From NCBI GenBank assembly GCA_012295275.1, contig CM022669.1, forward strand, positions 14,818,001 through 14,882,000: a DNA stretch of 64,000 nt, read 5' to 3'. The notes beneath the pieces were generated by a model that saw nothing but the letters and a program-made list of their open reading frames with translations, was not told where the DNA came from and searched no databases. This document shows positions 1 to 13,848 of this stretch, piece after piece; position 1 is the first letter of the stretch; every line of letters begins with the position of its first letter. A program made the translations under genes and the position numbers. Origin of the DNA: Chrysomallon squamiferum (lineage: Eukaryota; Animalia; Mollusca).

Positions 1-2091
1 GTCTACAGCTGCGATTGTAATAAAGTGTAAAAGTGCAGAGTGACCTTTGCTGTATATACTTCTTAAACTCATCTGCGAAATTGTAACCTCGTACGATAAT
101 AAAAATAAATAGCACAGGCTCGTATGATAGGAAAAATAAATATATCAGTATATTACTGTCAGTTTTCAAGCAATTATTTTTTTTTTCAAACTTTCCACAA
201 GTAAATATTAATTTAAGTTTTTAAACTATGTGTGCGGTATATGTGTCGATGTGCTTAGGTGCACAGGTAGATCTGTGACTGTTCGTGTATTTAAGTGTTG
301 AATACGCAGTGTATGTTCTTGTGGGTGATAGTGTTTAAGTGTATTTGTATGTGTGTCTCTGCTTATGTGTATTTTAGTGTACATATTTGAGTATGTATGC
401 TTTTACATTTTTAATGTATACAAGTGCATATGCATGCACATTTTTAGTGTGTACATGTTGTGCGTGCGTTTGTGTGTGTGTGAGTGTGTGTGAAGAAAGA
501 GGTGTATTTCGTTTGATCACCATCAAATCTTATCCAAAGGTAAATTATATTTTCATCTTCTTCTCAAACTCTCTTTACTATCACGCAACAGGTGTATACT
601 GTCTGATAAAAAAAACACAAAAAAACTTGAAGAAAAAGAAAGGGGGAAAAAGTCATTATGTAAAACAGTTGTTTGCAATATCGTTTTATGCAAGCTTTTA
701 AAAATAACGAAATATCATGGAGAGCCAAAAAAAAAAAAAATGTAACAAAAACTGAGATGCTTAGATGATAATTGTTTCATCAACGTTGTTTCTCCTGCTT
801 TGATCGCTAGGACTGGTGTACAATGTACACTGTAAATCTGCTTACTGAGTACTTCCAACTCCCAGAGAGCGAGTACCTCCTGTAAACAGAGTAATCGGAA
901 AAGATAAGATATTGGTTTGAAAGAAAATTATTCTGGTTACACACGAATGAAAGATTACGATCCAGGTTGAATCAAGTGATGCAGGAAATGTATTCAACAC
1001 AAGTTGATGACAATATTAAAAATGGTTTTGATATTAGCTTGGAGCTTGGTTTTAGATCAATTATTGCTGTTTGTTTTGGGCTTTTTTGTTACTGTTGGGT
1101 TTAACTATTCTTACAGTAACCATTCATGCACGAGTTCTTATTTTTGATTGTTTAGATTTAGATCAAATATAGGATTGTTAAATATTTTGATTTGTAATAT
1201 TTTATTGTATCTTATGGCATTCTTTCTGAATGTGTCTGCTTGTGGGTGTGTTGTGTTGTGTTTGTATGCTAGTTTTAATAAACGTAGTAGATAACCTTTA
1301 TCTTTCCAAAAAAATAAAATATTTTAAATATATATACTTAAAACCAGTTTCCGTTCTCACTATAATAAAGTTTGCAGCTGATAAAAAAGGGAAAAATAAA
1401 ACGGCTCTTATATAAAAACTGTTCAGAGAGAAAAACGCTATTGTCTTCAGTGCGCCAGATTATACAGGTGCCTACCACTGATATAAAGATTGCAAAATGA
1501 TTTTACCGTATTTCCCATTAGAAACGAAATGCATTTTTGTTTTCGTAGTCTGTTCACATGCTAAATAAATCAGTAGGTTTGATACAATTTTTGAACGCAT
1601 TCACACCATGTCTGCATACATAAAATAACAGAATTAATCCTGGGGGTTCGTTTATATTTTAGGATTTGGCAGGTTTTTTTTTTTTTGTTAATCTTAAGAA
1701 AATATTTATATATACCATGTGTACTTTTAAAAGTCTGTCATATTAAGTGCAACATGTGGGTTTTTTTAATAGTTGTTATCCAAGTACAATACCTCCAAAA
1801 AAAACACAAAAAAAAAAAAAAAAAAAACATCCCCTGAAAGGCAAATGACATAATATTTTTTTTTATGGAATATTTTATTTTATACTCGAAAAATTAAATA
1901 ATCTCTTTGTTGCTTATATTTTATCTGTACCAATCAGAGCCTAAATTTTAAGAAAACATTTTTATTATGCAGGCCGCGTATGAAAAACTTTAGAAGCTTT
2001 AGAGAAAATACATCTGTTGATTTCACAACCGCATTATTAACAATTCTTTTACTGTCATACTTCGTTACCAATTAAGAATGGAAAGGAATAG

Positions 2092-2139
<48 letters not shown>

Positions 2140-2659
2140 ATAATAATAATAATAATAATAAATACTACATATTTATAATGAAATATTTAAAAATTAAACA
2201 ACTAGTACATATGCACAATATATTTCGTCTATTTCTTCTTAACAAGCCTAAACTTTGAAATGGAGAATTTAATTTAATTTTCTTATATAAAATAAGATGA
2301 AACGCGGACGTTAAAGAAAGCAGCGAATACTCAAACTTCATCATTGATATTTTGTTTTCCTTTCAGCATGCCTGTGTCAAATAAACTTACATTAGTCTTC
2401 ACTTTTTCTGTCCTAATTTTGATTTATTTATTAATACGTACTGTTTGACTGGCTAATTAAAAAGTCAGTATGCTACCTGAAGAAGGGTAATGTTATATAT
2501 AAAACACATTTAGTAAAGGGTTCTTACCGAGATGAAAGATTCGCGTAAACTTTTGTATGTCTGCTGATGTAGGTATTTAGGAGGTGTACTGGATCTGGAC
2601 TGAAGGGCCCGGTTATAAAATATAATGTATTTTCTTTCTTTTTTAAAACTCACCGTGTA

Positions 2660-3030
2660 GCATAGTAGCAGCATCAGTAGTGGTTGGAGGAACAGGAGTA
2701 ATAATAACTGTAGTTGTAATAAAAGTAATAGAAGTAGGAGGAGGAGGAAGATAGTGAGGAGCAGTGGTGTAGCTATAGTTGTAGTAAAAGTAGTAGTAGT
2801 AATAGTAGTAATTGTAGTTGTAGTTGTAGTAATAATAGTAGTAGAGGAGTAGTAGTAGTAGTAGTAGTAGAAGCATGTGTAGTAGTAATAGGACGAGGAG
2901 AAGGAGGAGGAGCAGTGGTAGAGCGGTAGTTGTAGTAGTTGTAGTAGTGGTAGTATTGGTGGTGGTGGTAGTAGTAATGGTTGTAGTAGTACTACTACTG
3001 GTGGTTGTGATGGCAGTAATATAAGTAATT
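2660..3030. repeat. Compound trinucleotide repeat (GTA/GTG/GGA/GTT)n
   Basis: Directly visible; produces the spurious poly-T/L/Y ORF 2643-3035. Confidence 0.9.
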
Positions 3031-5627
3031 AACATATTTGACTATTAATTTTATTTCCTCGCAAATATGAACAAAATCCTTCCCACCCAAACATACTATT
3101 TTTCCAATTAAACTGCGATGGATTAAGGTCAGATCTCAATTACTACTCAACCTCTTCGCAGTCACAACAGTAAACACGATCAGTTTCCTCACTTATTTAT
3201 CACCTAGTCGTCAATGTTTAAACGGGGACGTATATATCCTCAGCCGACAGATACAGCTCTCCGGTGACCTAACACAAGAAACCATATTTGTCTTCCTCAC
3301 TGGACAAGTGCGTACAAATTGCAGTCAATTGGTCTGTGTTTGTTCGGGATTTGCGTTTCATTGTCATCTCATTCATGCGTCTTTTGTTACCGTGTTCCCT
3401 GGACGACACGGGCCGCATTGCAGGTCATTGGAGACAAGGGAGTCGTGGAAATGGACTGGACAAACCGTAATCTCTTCACAGAGACTCATTCATAAAAAAG
3501 GTGTAATGGTCAATGTTTGCGAAGGGACCAAATAACACTTTTGTGCTATAGTGCTTTGATCTTAATGATCATATCTCCAGTTTGAACAGAACTCTCAGAA
3601 GTGTGAAGTTTTCAGTGTAAACGCTTTGGTGTTAGATTTACTCATAACTGCCTGGATTCTTCTTTTTCATTTTCTTTTTTGTCTTCTTCTTTTTAACATA
3701 ATGAAAAGTTGGGTTATTTAAGGTCAGAAAAGACGCTGCAGTGGGTACTAATAAAATGGGATCATGGTGTTATATGAGGTGAATGTACGTGTTGCTAAAT
3801 GTTTGCTGGGTTTATCTGAGGTGAGATATTCATGAGGCTACAGTTATGAGGTTAATGTCAGGTGGGTTCATGATGTTACATGAGGTCAGAGTGGACGGTC
3901 CAGCACTGGGTCATTAGGCCTCGTTGTCGTATTTTAAGGTCAGCAAGGTTAAGTATCAAGGCAGTCTTGGTTTTTCACTGTTATAATAAGGAAAGCTCTT
4001 TTATCTACCATGATATTATTGTATATTATGTGAAAAAGATACTGTTGAGTGGCATCATGATTATAATACAGATTTCAGATTGCTGGACTGTGGGTATATT
4101 ACCCCTGTTGTATTTTGAACTGAGCGCCACCATATGTACCGAATTTCGCCTTATAACTAACGAATTACAAATATATCGATGTATTCATTAATGAAGATTA
4201 TTCTCTCTGCTTTATTTCATTTCGTTTTACTTTCAAGATTATTAAAAAATTTTTTAAACACATGACATTTCTTGGTGCTTTTCAGAATCGCAGATTGAAA
4301 ATTCATTAATTTCAAAATTCCATAGCGATTTACCACATCAATCTCTTCTTTAAAACGACCTGCAATAAATTCATTTCCTCTGTGATAGCCATTAATCCTA
4401 TGGTTTTATTTTGTCATATAAAAAGTCCTGCTGGAATTTATTGGAGAAATCATCGACCATCAGTGCGTATTCTAGGTTTAACAGATTTTTATTCAGTTTT
4501 CTTCTCTGTAATTCGAATTTATAAACAGCCCCTGGAGCGTATTAATCTTCTAAAACTAAAAAGAGAATGATTTCTTTTAAAACGCTTTGCTTCTTTCTCT
4601 TTTTTGAAAAAAAGAATTTTGTCCGTATTGCATCGCCTTTTTATTTGTTTATTTTCGTTCTTTTTGACGTTTTTAAAATTTCTTTTCTGCAGGAATAAAC
4701 GAAATACTGCTCTAAACATATATTTAAAATTAGATATAAACACATGTTTTATTGTTTACTCAATCTTATCACTTTTTTTTTTTCATTAAAAATAATATCC
4801 GAAAGAGCGAACATAGAGTCAAAACAATAAAATTATTAATCTTGATGAAGAAGTTGAATTCATATTTCGCACATCGGTCGAAATTATCTTTCCTTCATAA
4901 CCAAAACCTTTATAAATATATTTAATAATAATTATAATAATAAAAACATATTCTTGTATGAATGAGAAAACTAAAACCATTCTAATAAAACGTATCTTTT
5001 TTCCAGTGTGTGTGTTTACATTTCATAAACACTTTTGTGAGTTTATCGTTGTTCTGAAAACATAACTTCAGTGATTAGATGTTTCGTTATAATTAAAAAA
5101 AAAAACACTGGTCAGCAAAAAGAAGAGAAATGCGCACGACGTTAGCCTATCTGCAGATTTGCGTATTTTATTTTTTAACGTGAGCATTTAATCAAAGACA
5201 CAGATAAAATAATAATAATAAGAAGAAGAAAATTCAGCGTGAAAAAAGCTCACTTTCAAAAAAATTACAGAAATAAAGGGAGAAAACAAAAAAACTTGCA
5301 AAAAAAAAAAAGAAAAAGATAAAGAAATTTAAAAAATAATAAATAAAGACAGAAATATAATGAAAATAAAGAAAAAAACGAGATAAGGTAGTCTCAGAAT
5401 ATTTGTCTAGCGCGATTCATGCTTGTGTTAGATACAGTGATATGTGTTATTTACTGTATTACTTCCCTGGCTTGCAATCGTGCACCTTTTTCTTTTCTCT
5501 TTTTTTTCTTCTTTTTTGTCAGTATTATAATCTCTTAAAGAAACTGCTGGCACTTAAAGAAAATCGTGAAATTGCAAATTTTTGATCTGATAAAACAGAT
5601 TAAAATACTGAATTACCATGAGGTGGG

Positions 5628-5629
<2 letters not shown>

Positions 5630-5698
<69 letters not shown>

Positions 5699-5720
5699 TG
5701 TGTGTGTGTGTGTGTGTGTG
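5630..5720. repeat. (GA)n(GT)n microsatellite
   Basis: Directly visible. Confidence 0.95.
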
Positions 5721-5844
5721 TACATATTTATTTATTTAAATTTATGTAAAATAATTCAGATTTATGTTACCCCGCCTATATAAAATATTAACTGTATCTC
5801 CCTTCACAGACAAAAATATTTACTTTATTAATAGTGTAATACAT

Positions 5845-5900
5845 AGGCGGCGCTGTTTATTTGACTGGTGGTCAAAACACTTCCGGTTATGTATTACCGT
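5845..5900. promoter_or_regulatory. Candidate promoter element cluster (ETS site)
   Basis: CACTTCCGGT at 5878-5887 (reverse complement ACCGGAAGTG, ETS consensus), TGTTTAT at 5854, CpG cluster; possible donor ATG|gtaacc at 6293-6301 downstream. Confidence 0.25.
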
Positions 5901-6560
5901 CGTTATAGAAATTAATACATTCTGTACTTATTTTTTAATTTTTAATTTATTTTTTTTAAGATTCCTTTTTCGTTTAAGTTTATCTTTCGTTTTAGGAATT
6001 TATATGGCCTTGAGACTGTCTGTAAAACGTTTAAATGTTTGTCTGGAAGCCGTATTTTCACAACTGTTTCTGCATCTGTATAAACTAACGGACGGAATAC
6101 TGGAGTATCAGTACAACCCACGACTAATTTGTGTTTGGTATTATATGACTTACTAAACCATCTCATGTCATTTGTAACGACATTTAAATCTGCTATGGAT
6201 CCGTTCTAGGCTTGTTTAAAATTAAAACGCTAGAAGTTGAAGAAAAAAATACCCGTTGAATTGTGGGATTGGAACGAGAATTGGTCGTATAAATGGTAAC
6301 CAATCCTGCTGGATTTTTTTTTTTTTTTTTTTTTTAGGGGGAGGTTTGTTGTGTTTCAAAACTTTTAAATTTGTTAGTTTATTTTTTTAATTATTATATA
6401 TTTTTTCTCTTTCTTTCTTATTATTCTATTTCATTTCATTTATTTTTGACGTCCAGTTTTAATTAATGAAGTATATCAACAAAAGTATAGTTCAAAAATA
6501 TTTGTCAACCGGCATTTTTTAAATTTTATTTTCGTTATTTTAATTTTTTATTTTTTTATT

Positions 6561-6595
<35 letters not shown>

Positions 6596-6701
6596 AATTA
6601 TTATTATTATTAATGTAACCGTAGCGTCACTGTATGTAAGCCGGACCAGTTTTCTAGTTATTTTTATTTTTATTTGTTTATGTTGTTGTTTTTTTCCCCA
6701 G

Positions 6702-6751
6702 GTGTTGTCAAACGACACCGTGTATCCTATTCCGTCCTTCTTATTAATACC
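6702..6751 (+). other. Candidate 50-nt upstream exon of the long isoform (coding status unknown)
   Basis: Strong acceptor ttttttccccag and donor CC|gtgagt; two frames open (VVKRHRVSYSVLLINT or VLSNDTVYPIPSFLLI); cannot be linked to exon A with certainty. Confidence 0.35.
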
Positions 6752-8177
6752 GTGAGTACAGTTTTAAACTGCACTTTAACTCAACCAAACTAGCTGTATC
6801 TCTGAACATTTCGCTGCAGCGTTTGAGCTATGGAATTCATTAAACTTGAAGCGTTTGGTCTTTACCAAGATTACGACCCGTATCGTTTTTTTTTTTTTTG
6901 TTTGTTTTTTTCTAATTTGTGCACAATGCGTTTTCGTCGGAATAACCCGTAAAAGCGTTGCGAAGACCTCCCACTCGCAAGCATCAGCGACTATCAGAGG
7001 TGCGAGTCGGCGGGTTAGATCTGCAGGTGCAGAGGTCTAAAACATTCAACACTATCACGGGCATCAAACACCGCCCATCATCTGATCGCAGAAAAACAAC
7101 TGCGTCCGGTGAAACAAGTTTCAATGCGTTGTGGCAGCGTTCTTGTTTATTTGATAACTTGTCCAACAAGATCACATGTAATCGCACTGTTCCCGTGTTC
7201 CTGCTAAAAAAAGAAGAAGAAGAAGAAAAAACGTAACGCATGATTCACACATGTATGTTATTTTTCAAATGTGAGTGACAGACGTGACGGAAAAAAAAGA
7301 AAAAGAAAAAGAATAACTCGAGGTGATGCGTAGAATCGTGAAAGTCGAGAGAGAAAGGAAGATACTGCTGTCAGTTTAGGTGCAATGGGTTCGATTGTCT
7401 GTCTGTCTGTCTGTCGTTCAGAGCTTCATTTTATTTCTTGTACTACTGCTACTACTACTACTACTACTACTACTGTTGTTGTCGTGGTGGTGATGGTAGT
7501 GGTGTTGGTGTTGTTGTTGGTTGTGGTGAGTGTGGCTGTTATTGGAAGAGATGCTGGTGGTAGTGGTAGTTGATGTTCTTGTTCTTATTATTATTTTATT
7601 TTTTATTGTCGTTTTTGTTGGATTTCGTATTGTTTTTGACATTATAATAGTTTATGAGGCCACGACAGTCTTTGTTTTACTGATTCAAGACTTTTTTCTC
7701 TTTTTGTTTCTAAATTGTTACTTTGTTTTCTTGTCCTTCTTTCTTCTTCTTCTTCTTATTTTTATTTTTTTTTGTTTTCTTTTTCATTCTAGGTATTTTG
7801 GAAAATAATACGTTTTCTAACATTCGAAATTTCTTTTGAACAAAGCGTACTCGAATCATAATCGAGTAAAAACGATAAAAAGGTGTAAATACAAATATGA
7901 AATAATTACATTTTCATAATAAATAAATAAATAAATCTTCTTTTTAAAAATTGTAAAAATAAAAAGAAATATGTTAAGCGAGAAAAAAATTATATATATC
8001 TGTGTAATACTAAATAATAATTACTATTATAATAAACATGAATATATAAAGAAACAAATGAAGTTAATAAAAACATATTAATTTGTCTTTAACTATAACT
8101 CTAGACTGAACAAATATAGTTCATATTTCAACATGTTACAACACTCAGAATGATTCAGAGGATCTCTCGAGACTTCG

Positions 8178-8443
8178 GCAATCTATGACATAAGTCGCGG
8201 TGACTTTTTTTTTATAAACAATAACAATAACATACACGTTCAAAATATAGTGTAGTGAGGTGTCGCGACATTGTTACAAGAATATTTGTTACAGTTGTGT
8301 TTACAGTTGTGTTTACAGTTGTGTTTACAGTGTACGTTCCCATGTCATGGCATGGATTTACTGTCTCGTATCTCAATTCACGTACCTTGCACCTGGTACT
8401 TCTGCAAATAAATGTGAATCATAGCGATAAATAAATAAATAAA
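8178..8443 (+). repeat. ~270-bp dispersed direct repeat, copy 1 (internal 12-bp TGTTTACAGTTG array, (AAAT)n tail)
   Basis: Near-identical to 10217-10490 (atgacataagtcgcggtgac...cacgtaccttgcacctgg...aatcatagc). Confidence 0.92.
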
Positions 8444-8645
8444 GAAAGAAACAAAGAAATATATAAGCCATATAACTGTCAGTTCGTAACAACTTCAAAT
8501 TTTATTTAATTTTAATTTTATTTGTGACTGAATGTAGCGCTTCTCTGTTATATTTTTTCCACAGGTTCTCATTACTGTTTTAGAATACCTGAGATATATC
8601 TCACATATTTACATCCATACAGTAATAATTTAGATAGACACACCC

Positions 8646-8651
<6 letters not shown>

Positions 8652-8724
<73 letters not shown>
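8652..8724. repeat. (TC)n microsatellite
   Basis: Directly visible. Confidence 0.95.
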
Positions 8725-8728
<4 letters not shown>

Positions 8729-10216
8729 AAATGCGAGAGATAAAATGTCACATAATTAGACAAAGTTATCATGTTTAATAACACGAAGTGCACAGACGCG
8801 TAGTGTCAAAGATACACAAAGGGAATGCCAGTGGCTCGGACGTTTTCAGAATTCTCTGAGAGGTCGTGTACTCGACATGCGTGCTTTACAGATCTATAAC
8901 AGAAACATTACCCACATCTACACAGTGTTAGAAGTCACTGAACAGCAGTGACAAAATAAATCAGCGGTTTTGGTTTCGAATGTTATTATATTTTGTTTGT
9001 TTACGTTCTTTTATTTTTTATTAATACTTGAGTTTTTTTCCTTAATTTGATTATTTATTTGTATTGTTAACCTTTTTTTTTTTTTTCAATTTTCTAGTAC
9101 AACAGAGAAATCAAATATCTGCTTTTATTTTCATTGATCTAACAAATAATACTTGAGACAGGAGGTTTGCAAGAATAATTGAAAAATAAACCCTCAAAAA
9201 TCAAATAAATCTAGTCTTTAAGGGTAATGCATGAACCATTAAATTTTCTTTCAACATCTGCCTGAATTTCCTCGTTGTTGTTTTTTTTTTTTTTTTTCGT
9301 TGTTTTATTTATGTCTTTTTTTTTTTTTTTTGAAAGTCAGAGAAAATTACTCACAATGGCGTTTTTCTTTGTCGAGTATTTACCACTGAAAGACTAATGA
9401 TCTTCGTTTGATGAAAGCACGAGAAAGGAAACTGTTTTGACAAGCGAAACGTCCAAGTTGTGTGTTTTTTTTCCAGCATTCTGTGCACGGTGGCCCGTTG
9501 TGTTTGTCACGTACTAAGCAGGGCAGTGTGCTAGCAGAACGAATTAGGCTCTTCAGCAAGATGTTTGCGAATCGTGTGAGAAAATAATGCGTCCAGTCGA
9601 GGCAGACGGTATTTGCTTCATTGACAAGACTTCGCCAATGGCGGCGCATTGCGCCTTCTGTTTGAACGAAAGCTGACAGTTAAATGCTTCAGAATCAAGT
9701 TCTGAGGATTAAGGCGAACTTCGGTGCTTCCTGCATTAACTGAAGATTTTTATCTGCCGTTTATTTGTAACGATATTGACACACTATTTCAATAGACGCC
9801 GACTAACAGAATCGCACTGGAAATGGCTAAGAGTTCTAGACGATCTGATAAAAGGTGCAACTGGTAATAACACTGACGTTTCTTCTTTTTTGTGTGTGTG
9901 TGTACTCTTCTTTTTTTTTTTTTTTTTTTTTTTTTAATTTTTCTCTGTGTGAGTTGTTGGAGCTGTAGTCAGAGAATATAATTTGGGAAACAAATTGCAC
10001 ATAGGGAAACATTCTCCCTCTATTTTTTCTATAGTGCAAAAAGAACAATTTTCACCTGTGATAATTACGAGAAAATTTCATCGACGAATCCACCAACTTG
10101 TCTTGGTCATGCAGGCATGTCAGCGCATACATTTACATTGTTTAAACTACACGCGTTTAAGAAAAACAAGAATCGTAAATTTGACGCATGATGTTTGAGG
10201 ATGTCCTGAAACTGCT

Positions 10217-10490
10217 GCAATCCATGACATAAGTCGCGGTGACTTTTTTTATAAACAATATCAATAACATACACGTTCAAAATATAGTTTAATGAGGTGT
10301 CGCGACATTGTTACAAGAACATTATTTACAGTTGTGTTTACAGTTGTGTTTACAGTTGTGTTTACAGTTGTGTTTACAGTGTACGTTCATGTCATGGATT
10401 TACTGTCTCGTATCTCAATTCACGTACCTTGCACCTGGTTCTTCTGCAAATAAATGCGAATCATAGCAATAAATAAATAAATAAATAAAT
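10217..10490 (+). repeat. ~270-bp dispersed direct repeat, copy 2
   Basis: Same sequence as 8178-8443 with one more 12-bp unit. Confidence 0.92.
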
Positions 10491-11677
10491 ATATAAACAA
10501 ATGTATGTTATCTATGATCGATACGAGAACAAATATATAATATCTGTGTAGTTGTTTAGGAAGAATAAATTTGGTTTATTAGAAGAAATAATTTTCAAAA
10601 ATTAATCGGCTTTTGGTTGTTGCTGCTTTTGCTGTTGATGTAGCTGTTTGGTTTCTGGCCAGGAAGAAAAATCTTAGAGTCAAAGATATTATTTGAAATA
10701 AACATATTCTATTGTCCTTTTACTTCATTTCAGCCAAATGTTGTTAGGTATTGCTCTCTGAATATGGATCAGACTTGTTGCAGACAATTACGATAGAAAG
10801 GTTCATGAATTTTGATCCTAGTTTAACTGTGTATGTGTGATTTAATTAGTCATTTACTTTTCTTAACTCTTACATGTGTTTCGGCGATTAATAAAACTTA
10901 ACACACAAGACTGGGAATTGATATTTAATAAAATTTAGCTAAACTCTCTCACACGTCATCTAAATCTTCATGTTTCTTAACATAGATCAGTTAAACTCTC
11001 TCAGATGCCATCTAAAATCTTCAAATTTGTTAATACAACCCTTTTATAAATTCAGTTATCAAAATAAAAACAGCACGACTTTCGGTGTACGTATATCAAC
11101 GTACGCAGCTGACTTCAAAGCGACTCTGTCCATAATCCTACGCGCGGAATTAAATTATGGCGAACAACAATACGCTAAATCGAACTCCAGTAGGAACAAA
11201 CTACACCGCAGAGCTACACTGAGCTGTAAATATCATTTAAACACACCGAGACAAAGACTTAACTGTTGTTTTTTTTTTTTGTGTGTGTGTGTAAGTTATC
11301 TGTCAGATGATATTCTGCCGCATTGGTGTGTATATATATATATACACAGATCTGTTAATGGCGGAACAACGGGACAGCGATTTGTGGTATTTATGTGTTA
11401 ATAAACACCACCTCGCACAACAGAGCAGAGAGGCCGTTCAGTTCCGAGTGTTAGACGAGTGTAATAAAAACTGACACCACCGGAAAGAGACGCGAAGGGG
11501 AAATTCTGTATTTTTGCTATACAAAATTAAAATAAACAATATGAAATAATCTCAAACTGCTCGCTGCGGGGTAATACCACATGAAACAAAGGAACAGAAA
11601 GAGTATTTTAGCCAAGACGTCACCTAACACGTACCAGCTACTTTGGGTTCTAGCTCAGTGAATTAACCTTAATTTAA

Positions 11678-11693
11678 TAATAGTAGTAGTAAT

Positions 11694-11757
<64 letters not shown>

Positions 11758-11865
11758 TGTTGTTGTTGTTGTAGTAGTAGTAATAGTAGCAGCGGCAGCA
11801 CTAATAATAGTAGCAGCAGTAGTAAAAATAATGGAGTTGATGATGATGATGATGATGCTGATGAT
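11678..11865. repeat. (AGT)n/(TGT)n/(TGA)n compound trinucleotide repeat
   Basis: Directly visible. Confidence 0.92.
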
Positions 11866-12399
11866 AACATATTGTCAAAACAATAATAAAATTTAAAAGT
11901 ACAAACTGGGTGGGTAGCTCTCAACAATTAATTCAGATTTGACATCCACTTTCAGTTTACGCTGGTACCGTTTACAGACGTGACAGTCTTCAGCCTCAAC
12001 GTTTATTTAGAACGCTATGAAAACGGTTTAGATATGAGAAAAAAATTGAAAAATGTGGGCGAAGAGTGTTTAAGCAATGAAATTATTTTTATCGGCGAAA
12101 ACCATGTTCAGGTTTCTTCTACGGCTATTACAGTCTGGATTATCTTTAGTCAAATTAAAATTAAGTTAAACAAGAACAGAAGAATTTGTATGTTTTTTAA
12201 CTGCCTAAAATCTAATCTTTTACTGTGAGCAGTAACTTTCAGAAAGCTGGTTCTTAAGAAGGAAAATAAATCTGTGTATATCTATTTTCTAACTTTTCAT
12301 TTAAATTATTCTCGGCTGTTAATGTAAAAAGGGAACAGTCTGTCTGAAATAACGCTATTTTTATTAGTTCTTTAATAAATCATCTGTCAAATAAGATAA

Positions 12400-12432
<33 letters not shown>

Positions 12433-12619
12433 GGTCTATGGAAGCCACGTTTTGTCAAATTTAAAAAGATTTTTAAACTGGCGAACAACCAAAAATATTT
12501 GACAGTTAATAGCTGTTTTGTTTAATCTTATGTCGAGTCAGGTTTGAGAAGAACTTTGTAGTTACCATAAAAGCATTCTCTAATGAGTATTTATTCTGCA
12601 ATACATTACGAGACGTAGA

Positions 12620-12831
12620 CGAAGAAATTACCTATTTAACGAGACTTCAGCATATTTTAACGATAAGACGAAGCATTTATCGAAAGAGAAGAAACCCGCT
12701 CTGCTAGCACGAGCTGACCTGCCATTTTGTTTCAATTAGCAACAAAGGAATACTTTAAAATGCACTTCTTCCCATTTACAAGAAAAACTCATCCCATGGT
12801 TTTTAATACATCACTGGTGCGTGCGTGTGTG

Positions 12832-12879
<48 letters not shown>

Positions 12880-12980
12880 GTTTTGATTTCAGTAAAATAA
12901 ATCCTAACAGAAAAACACAAACAGGATTATATCCCACGATCAGTCAACACTTGAAACGGGACTACTAAGACAGAGCTACA
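12620..12980 (-). mobile_element. Degenerate SINE-like remnant, interrupted by (GT)n
   Basis: Colinear motifs tatttaacga...gagaagaaacccgct...attagcaacaaagga...tgcacttcttccca...atcccacga...gagctaca, largely shared with 23752-24030; resembles a recalled molluscan tRNA-headed SINE with a Deu/Nin-type central domain (not verified). Confidence 0.5.
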
Positions 12981-13803
12981 GAGCGACACTGCAATACAGT
13001 AGATGAAAACGACGAAGGTTTCTACATCTATCATTACAGCAGGAATACGTGAAGTAATTTCAGGAAACCCTGTTATCGTCGGTGCCAGCTCTACATAGGA
13101 AGACATCGTTTCCAGGTCTACAAGATTTGTTTCCCTTGCCTGCTGCCACGCAGTTTGCTCTGGCGACAGATTCTGCTGAATGAAGCATGCGGTTTAATAT
13201 TCATAAAGCTGAGGTCAGCTTTTAAAATTAAGGTTAAGTCGTCTTCGTTAGCATCCAAATCATGCTCCGCTCACTACAATTTAATCCTGGACCTGTGTCA
13301 CATTCTCGAAATAGTCTTAATTCCTAAAGAACATGTGCACAGGCGGACCAAAATGTTTACATTACCTTAGAACATGTCCGCAGTAAAAGCGTTTAAGAAA
13401 CTTGAAACTAAAATTGCGCCTGCGGCATTTTCTTTTTTTCTCGTTTTTTTTTTTTTTTTTCTACATCATTCCGCTGACACTGATTTAATTTTATTTTTGC
13501 AAAGTGTGGATATTTTGTGAGACCAGTTACAGGGAGACTGCTATTTGCCCCCCCCACACACACACACACCTGCATTCTGTCTGCTTCAAGCTTGGATTAG
13601 TGTTCATGAATGACATAAGACTGCTCTTTGCATTCTTTAGAGTGTTTGAATCAAATTGATTATGAGTATAGTGTATAACTGAATAGTTTTCTAAGTACTT
13701 CTGTTTATTTATGTGTATTTGTGCCTGTCTGTCTGTTTATGTCTATACGTGCGTGTCTACGTCTTTTAGAATGTATTGGTATGTGGCCATCCAATCCATT
13801 TAG

Positions 13804-13848
<45 letters not shown>

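Noticed and set aside
2643-3035. 130-aa minus-strand ORF with poly-T/L/Y
   Set aside because: Translation of compound trinucleotide repeats; no splice or domain support. The same applies to 7385-7808 and 11655-11927.
3715-3965. Cluster of AGGTCA/ATGAGGT words resembling nuclear-receptor half sites
   Set aside because: No defined direct- or inverted-repeat spacing; more likely a decayed short repeat.
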